A stretch of DNA of 64,000 nucleotides, from positions 3,265 to 67,264 of the forward strand of contig CAYPFQ010000002.1 in the NCBI GenBank assembly GCA_964410135.1, written 5' to 3'. The notes under the pieces are model-generated. The model was not told the origin of the DNA. It saw only the letters and a list, made by a program, of their open reading frames with translations, and searched no databases. Within the stretch, counting starts at the first letter, position 1. Each line of letters opens with the position of its first letter. Both the position numbers and the translations under genes were made by a program. Shown piece after piece: positions 59,975 to 64,000 of the stretch. The stretch is from an uncultured Candidatus Bathyarchaeia archaeon. GTDB taxonomy: Archaea; Thermoproteota; Bathyarchaeia; RBG-16-48-13; CAYPFQ01.

Positions 59975-61360
59975 ATGCTTGGTTCTGGTAGCTCTTTGGG
60001 AGATACCTGACAACCATCGAGTTTGCGGATTAGCTTACACATTCCGCTATCATCCCTTCAACTGGTTGCCCGACAGCCCCGAACCTCAGGGCTCTTGCTA
60101 ATATGTTCCTAGCGGCGTTTACATCTCTATCTATCGAGACTTGACATTTCGGACACCAGAGAAGCCTCTCATTCAGGTATGTTTTTGACCCACATATCGA
60201 GCAATTGGCCGACGTTTCTCTAGCATCCAAATAAACAACCTTCACGCCTTCCCACTTTGCCTTATATTCTATTTGTCTTTGTAGCTCATGAAAAGACCAT
60301 GAGTTCAATCGACTGCGATACTCTCTTCCCTGTCCATTACCTTTACGATAGAGTTTGCGTATTCCCTTTATGTTCTCCATGACTATTGCAAACTTTTTTT
60401 CCTTAGCCTTCTTTACAATTTCTTTAGAGACATGATGCAGTATCTGATTAACCTTATTTCTTTGCTTCTCTCCATATTTTCGGAACAGCTGCCTTCCTAT
60501 TCTAACGTCACTTCTTTTGAAGTGCCTTTTCACTTCACGGTAGGCTACTTTGATTCTGGTGGCTGTTGACAAATCGTAGGCTGAAATTTCACCGTTGCTC
60601 AAGGCTATTGTTACGTTGTTTAGGTTTGTGTCAATGCCAATGTAGCCGCATGGTTCTATTTCGGCAGTCTCTTTCGAGAAGCTTATACTGACAGTACTGG
60701 CAGTCAACGTGATAGAGCCAAGCTTTAGGTTCGGCTCTGACAGAATTTTTAACGTATATCTATTGAGTGGGATATAGATGTATTGTCCCGGTTCAATTGG
60801 TAGCCTAAGTTTGCCGTCCACGATTTTGTAGGCTTGGTTTCCAATCTTCGCCATAAGCCTCTTCGCATAGGGCTTTTTAACGTTCCTCTTCTTTCTAACG
60901 ATTTTGCGATAGTTCTTCAGGATTGATGTGGCAACTTCTATAGCTGATAGGTTATACCAAGTGTGCAAACCATACTCGTTCAGCCTATGATATACCTCAT
61001 TGGAGAGGCTAAACCTTGAAGTGATGTTCTTCTCTAACCCAACCCGTACAGCCTCATTAACCATCCACCTAAAAGTTTCAAGGAGACTGCTGATCTCGGT
61101 TTTAGTATCTTCAGAAATGTTTTGCTTAACCGCTTTGACCACTAGCATATGCTACCCACACTCCGCCTCAGATGACTGGTATTTTTGGATGGTGGTTTCA
61201 ATCGGTCTATAGTAGAATTGAAAGATTGAGGAGCTCTATCCAGCTGAAGAATTAGTTTCAATGTGAAATGGAAGCAGACATATTTAAGCACCAATAATGT
61301 TTGAAAGTCAGCGAAGGATATAAAAATCTCAGTAGCCTTCAAACTGAGGCGGAGGATAAA
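59975..61360 (-). mobile_element. Approximate extent of TnpB-only IS200/IS605-type (IS1341-like) element
   Basis: tnpB plus flanking hairpin-forming sequence: an imperfect 8-bp hairpin at 59987-60007 downstream of the stop, and a 6-bp hairpin with 11-bp inverted repeats at 61164-61353 upstream. Exact ends are not determinable by eye. Confidence 0.4.
60030..61148 (-). CDS. tnpB: TnpB (OrfB) RNA-guided endonuclease of an IS200/IS605-family element
   Basis: RuvC-I IGIDTN, RuvC-II ...E..., zinc finger CSICGS...CPKCQ, RuvC-III DRDVNAARNI. 372 aa. No tnpA gene nearby. Confidence 0.9.
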   Translation of the reverse strand: MLVVKAVKQNISEDTKTEISSLLETFRWMVNEAVRVGLEKNITSRFSLSNEVYHRLNEYGLHTWYNLSAIEVATSILKNYRKIVRKKRNVKKPYAKRLMAKIGNQAYKIVDGKLRLPIEPGQYIYIPLNRYTLKILSEPNLKLGSITLTASTVSISFSKETAEIEPCGYIGIDTNLNNVTIALSNGEISAYDLSTATRIKVAYREVKRHFKRSDVRIGRQLFRKYGEKQRNKVNQILHHVSKEIVKKAKEKKFAIVMENIKGIRKLYRKGNGQGREYRSRLNSWSFHELQRQIEYKAKWEGVKVVYLDARETSANCSICGSKTYLNERLLWCPKCQVSIDRDVNAARNILARALRFGAVGQPVEGMIAECVS

Positions 61361-61436
61361 TTAACTGGTTTACTGCGAACTCTGCGGAAGACCCATTTCT
61401 GGTGCGCCATTCAAGGCAGTTATTGAAGGGGCTGAA

Positions 61437-61859
61437 TTGCTTGTTTGCATTGAATGCTCAAAGCTGGGCTCAGCTAGACAGTTAGATACGTCAACTAAAC
61501 CAAAATTGTCTGCGACCTTTAAGAAGAAGGTTCATGCGCCTGAAGGAGAACTTGAACTTGTTGATGACTTTGCTAAACAGATTAAGCTGGCGAGAGAAAA
61601 ACTACGCCTAACACATAGCGAACTTGGGAGCAGAATTGGAGAAAAAGTTTCGCTCCTTAAGAAAATTGAAACTGGGAAAATGGTTCCCGAGCAAACATTA
61701 GCGAGAAAGCTTGAGCATATGCTAAGGATTAGGCTGCTAGCTCTTACTGCTGAATGGAAAAAATCAGCTGTAACTCATTTACCGTCAATGAAACCTGCAT
61801 TTGGGGATATAGTTAGAATAAAACGCCGCGACAAGACTGTAGAGGCTAACTCGGGATGA
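61437..61859 (+). CDS. MBF1-like HTH (Cro/C1/XRE-type) transcription factor with N-terminal CxxC
   Basis: HTH segment LTHSELGSRIGEKVSLLKKIETG, and an N-terminal CIEC half zinc ribbon. TTG start. Translationally coupled to hflX (ATGA). Confidence 0.6.
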   Translation: MLVCIECSKLGSARQLDTSTKPKLSATFKKKVHAPEGELELVDDFAKQIKLAREKLRLTHSELGSRIGEKVSLLKKIETGKMVPEQTLARKLEHMLRIRLLALTAEWKKSAVTHLPSMKPAFGDIVRIKRRDKTVEANSG

Positions 61860-63124
61860 AAGCCATAATCGTAGAAAGACATCAGTACAATGAGTCAGGT
61901 AATCTTCAGGAACTCAGAAGCCTTGCTGAAGCCGCTGGTTACTCTGTTATACAATCCTTAGAGCAGGTACGTGAGCCCGATTCTAGCTACCAGATCGGAA
62001 GGGGTAAGGCAGAGGAACTTGAGAAATTGGTTAAGGAGCTTGATGCTGAGAAAGTTATTTTCAACAACGAGCTTAAGCCAATTCAAGAATATAACTTGGC
62101 TAAAACTACTGGTGTTGAGGTAATTGATCGTTTTCGCCTGATCTTAGAGATTTTCGCTAAACGCGCTACTACCCAAGAAGCTAAGCTCCAGATTCAACTT
62201 GCCAGTCTGAGATACGAGTTGCCTAGAGCGCGGGAAAAGGTTCGTTTGGCAAAGTTTGGTGAGAACCCCGGTTTTCACGGGCTGGGAAAGTACGACATTG
62301 ACGTCTACTATGATATGATTAGACGCCAGCTGACTAGCCTCAGAAGTGAGCTCAAAGAGATTCGTGGAAAACGTGAGTTGCAGAGGAAGCATCGGTTAGA
62401 GCGGGGTTTTTCTTTAATATCTCTATCTGGCTATACCTCCTCAGGTAAAAGTACTCTTTTTAATACGCTTGCTAAGGAGTCTGTCCCTGTTGGCATAGGG
62501 CTTTTCACTACGCTTTCAACGGTTACTCGAGCAGTAGATTTCAGCGGAAAAAAAGCACTTTTGACAGATACTGTGGGCTTCATTGATAGGCTTCCCCTAA
62601 TCTTAATCGAAGCCTTCCGAGCAACACTTGAAGAGACGATTTTTTCTAATGCAATTTTACTAGTAGTCGATGTCAGTGAGCCTATGGCCGAAGTCGAGCG
62701 GAAACTGTATTGCTGTCTTAATACAATTCATGAGATGGGTATTTCCAGTATTCCGATAATCACAGCCCTTAACAAAATAGATCTACTATCGCAGGAGGAT
62801 CTGGAGAAAAAGTTCAGCCGACTTAGTAAGCTAGCGCCGAATCCAATTCCAATATCAGCACTTTATGAAACCAATATAGTGGATTTAAGAAGCGAGGTTG
62901 CTAAGCACCTCGAAAATTACGTTGAAGCCACATTCGTACTACCCGTGAATGATAGTACTCTGTCGCTTGTCTCATGGATTCATGACCATGCAAACGTGTT
63001 ACATGAAAAATATTTGGATAAACAGGTAAGGCTTCTAGTTGAGGCTTTTTCGTGGTTTGTAAACAAACTGAAAACACGGGTTGAAAAACTTGGAGGTAGG
63101 CTTGAGGACGTCAAGAAAGTGTAG
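61856..63124 (+). CDS. hflX: GTPase HflX
   Basis: HflX N-domain, then G1 SGYTSSGKST, G3 DTVG and G4 NKID. Confidence 0.85.
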   Translation: MKAIIVERHQYNESGNLQELRSLAEAAGYSVIQSLEQVREPDSSYQIGRGKAEELEKLVKELDAEKVIFNNELKPIQEYNLAKTTGVEVIDRFRLILEIFAKRATTQEAKLQIQLASLRYELPRAREKVRLAKFGENPGFHGLGKYDIDVYYDMIRRQLTSLRSELKEIRGKRELQRKHRLERGFSLISLSGYTSSGKSTLFNTLAKESVPVGIGLFTTLSTVTRAVDFSGKKALLTDTVGFIDRLPLILIEAFRATLEETIFSNAILLVVDVSEPMAEVERKLYCCLNTIHEMGISSIPIITALNKIDLLSQEDLEKKFSRLSKLAPNPIPISALYETNIVDLRSEVAKHLENYVEATFVLPVNDSTLSLVSWIHDHANVLHEKYLDKQVRLLVEAFSWFVNKLKTRVEKLGGRLEDVKKV

Positions 63125-63662
63125 AGTTAAAATTCTGCGTTTGGGGCATAGATTTCAGCGTGATAGTCGATTGACAACACATGTGGGTCTGACCGCTCGG
63201 GCTCTCGGCGCTGATGGGATGCTGATCGCGGATGTAGTGGACAAAAACATCGAAGAGTCTATTCGGAAAGTGGTTGAAAACTGGGGCGGAGCCTTTGAGG
63301 TTGCTTCGGGCGTAAACTGGGTTAATGCGTTAAAAGACTGGAAAAAGCAGAGTGGAGAGATCATCCATCTCACCATGTATGGAGTTCCCATTAGCAAAGT
63401 AATTGGCAGAATCCGCCGCTCGTCCAGAGACAAATTGGTGATTGTTGGGGCTGAGAAGGTTCCAGGCAGGGTCTTTCATCTGGTTGACTATAATATTGCC
63501 GTTGGCAATCAGCCGCACTCTGAGGTTGCCGCATTAGCCATATTTTTGGATCGACTTTTTGAGGGCAAATGGGAGCAACTGAAATTTAAGAATGCCAATT
63601 TTATGGTGATTCCAAGTAAATTCGGCAAGAAAGTATTTAGCGATAAAAGTGGACAGATGTAA
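63081..63662 (+). CDS. trm56: tRNA (cytidine56-2'-O)-methyltransferase aTrm56 (SPOUT)
   Basis: Conserved RLGHR..RD.RLTTHVGLTARALGA N-terminal block. The start is ambiguous (ATG 63081, or TTG 63090/63102) and overlaps the hflX 3' end. Confidence 0.8.
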   Translation: MKNLEVGLRTSRKCRVKILRLGHRFQRDSRLTTHVGLTARALGADGMLIADVVDKNIEESIRKVVENWGGAFEVASGVNWVNALKDWKKQSGEIIHLTMYGVPISKVIGRIRRSSRDKLVIVGAEKVPGRVFHLVDYNIAVGNQPHSEVAALAIFLDRLFEGKWEQLKFKNANFMVIPSKFGKKVFSDKSGQM

Positions 63663-63688
63663 AGGCATAGGTCTTGGGGGAAGCCATC

Positions 63689-64000
63689 TTGTCGTTTCCG
63701 GTCAATGAGGAATTGTTAATAAAGGTGGCAAATGTCTTGGGAGGGGAAGATGCCGTGAAAATTGTGAAAGCCCTTAAAGACATGGAAAAGGCAACTGATG
63801 ACGAAATATCCTCCAAGACTGAAGTGCGACTAAACGCCGTCCGCAAAATCCTCTATCGCCTCTACGATTTTTCTATCGTCACGGTTGAAAGGCTCAGAGA
63901 TGAGAAAACTGGCTGGTTTATTTTTTACTGGAAGCTTCAATCAGATCAAGTTGAGGGTTTTATTCAGAATCAGAAACGAAAAATTTTGGAGAAGCTGGCA
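63689..64000 (+). CDS. tfe: Transcription factor E alpha subunit (TFE/TFIIE-alpha), 3'-truncated by window end
   Basis: Winged helix with EVRLNAVRKILYRLYD...DEKTGWFIFYWKL. The ORF runs off the window, so it is absent from the ORF track. TTG start at 63689 (or 63674). Confidence 0.8.
   Translation, partial: MSFPVNEELLIKVANVLGGEDAVKIVKALKDMEKATDDEISSKTEVRLNAVRKILYRLYDFSIVTVERLRDEKTGWFIFYWKLQSDQVEGFIQNQKRKILEKLA

Overview
Archaeal chromosomal segment, about 46% GC, dense with core informational genes on both strands. Short (nuclease + HhH2) XPF, Clp1, RadA-paralog and TFE/TFS content suggest a TACK-type archaeon. Recognisable content, in order:
- 1-4 kb: XPF nuclease, thymidylate kinase, HD-domain dNTPase-like protein.
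- 3.6-7.5 kb: a complete lower archaeal mevalonate-pathway operon (phosphomevalonate dehydratase small and large subunits, UbiD-type decarboxylase, UbiX) plus one unknown ORF.
- 7.6-19.8 kb: XPD helicase, metallophosphoesterase, Clp1 kinase with a COG2433-like partner, RadA paralog, CDP-archaeol synthase, topoisomerase I, IleRS.
- 20-32 kb: AglB; the aIF2alpha-Nop10-PAC2 operon; S27e/L44e; a replication island (Gins51-like, PriS, PriL, PCNA); TFS; RpoL-Csl4-methylase-Dph2; L10e.
- 32.7-38.6 kb: PEP synthase, KsgA, DUF655, RpoF, L21e, SRP54.
- 39.9-43.4 kb: deoxyhypusine synthase, aIF5A, NAD kinase, Nob1, PRTase.
- 43.4-48.5 kb: orphan ABC ATPase, SWIM zinc-finger protein, phosphoesterase, a divergent FtsZ-family GTPase with an unusual C-terminal extension, FAD oxidoreductase.
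- 48.4-53.8 kb: tRNA-Pro(CGG) on the minus strand, HMG-CoA reductase, class III ribonucleotide reductase NrdD, divergently arranged pyrB/pyrI.
- 53.9-59.1 kb: partial A-type ATP synthase operon (H-E-F-A-B-D).
- 59.1-64 kb: NAC, PUA protein, a TnpB-only IS200/IS605-type element, MBF1-like regulator, HflX, aTrm56, and the start of TFE-alpha.
No CRISPR array, rRNA or integrase was found. The best leads are the TnpB element with its predicted omega-RNA and end structures, the FtsZ-like protein with a winged-helix-like tail, and the SWIM/ABC/phosphoesterase neighbourhood with overlapping divergent starts. The ORF track reports the longest ATG/GTG/TTG ORF; where an internal ATG plus conserved N-terminal motifs suggested a better start, the start was moved and this is noted.
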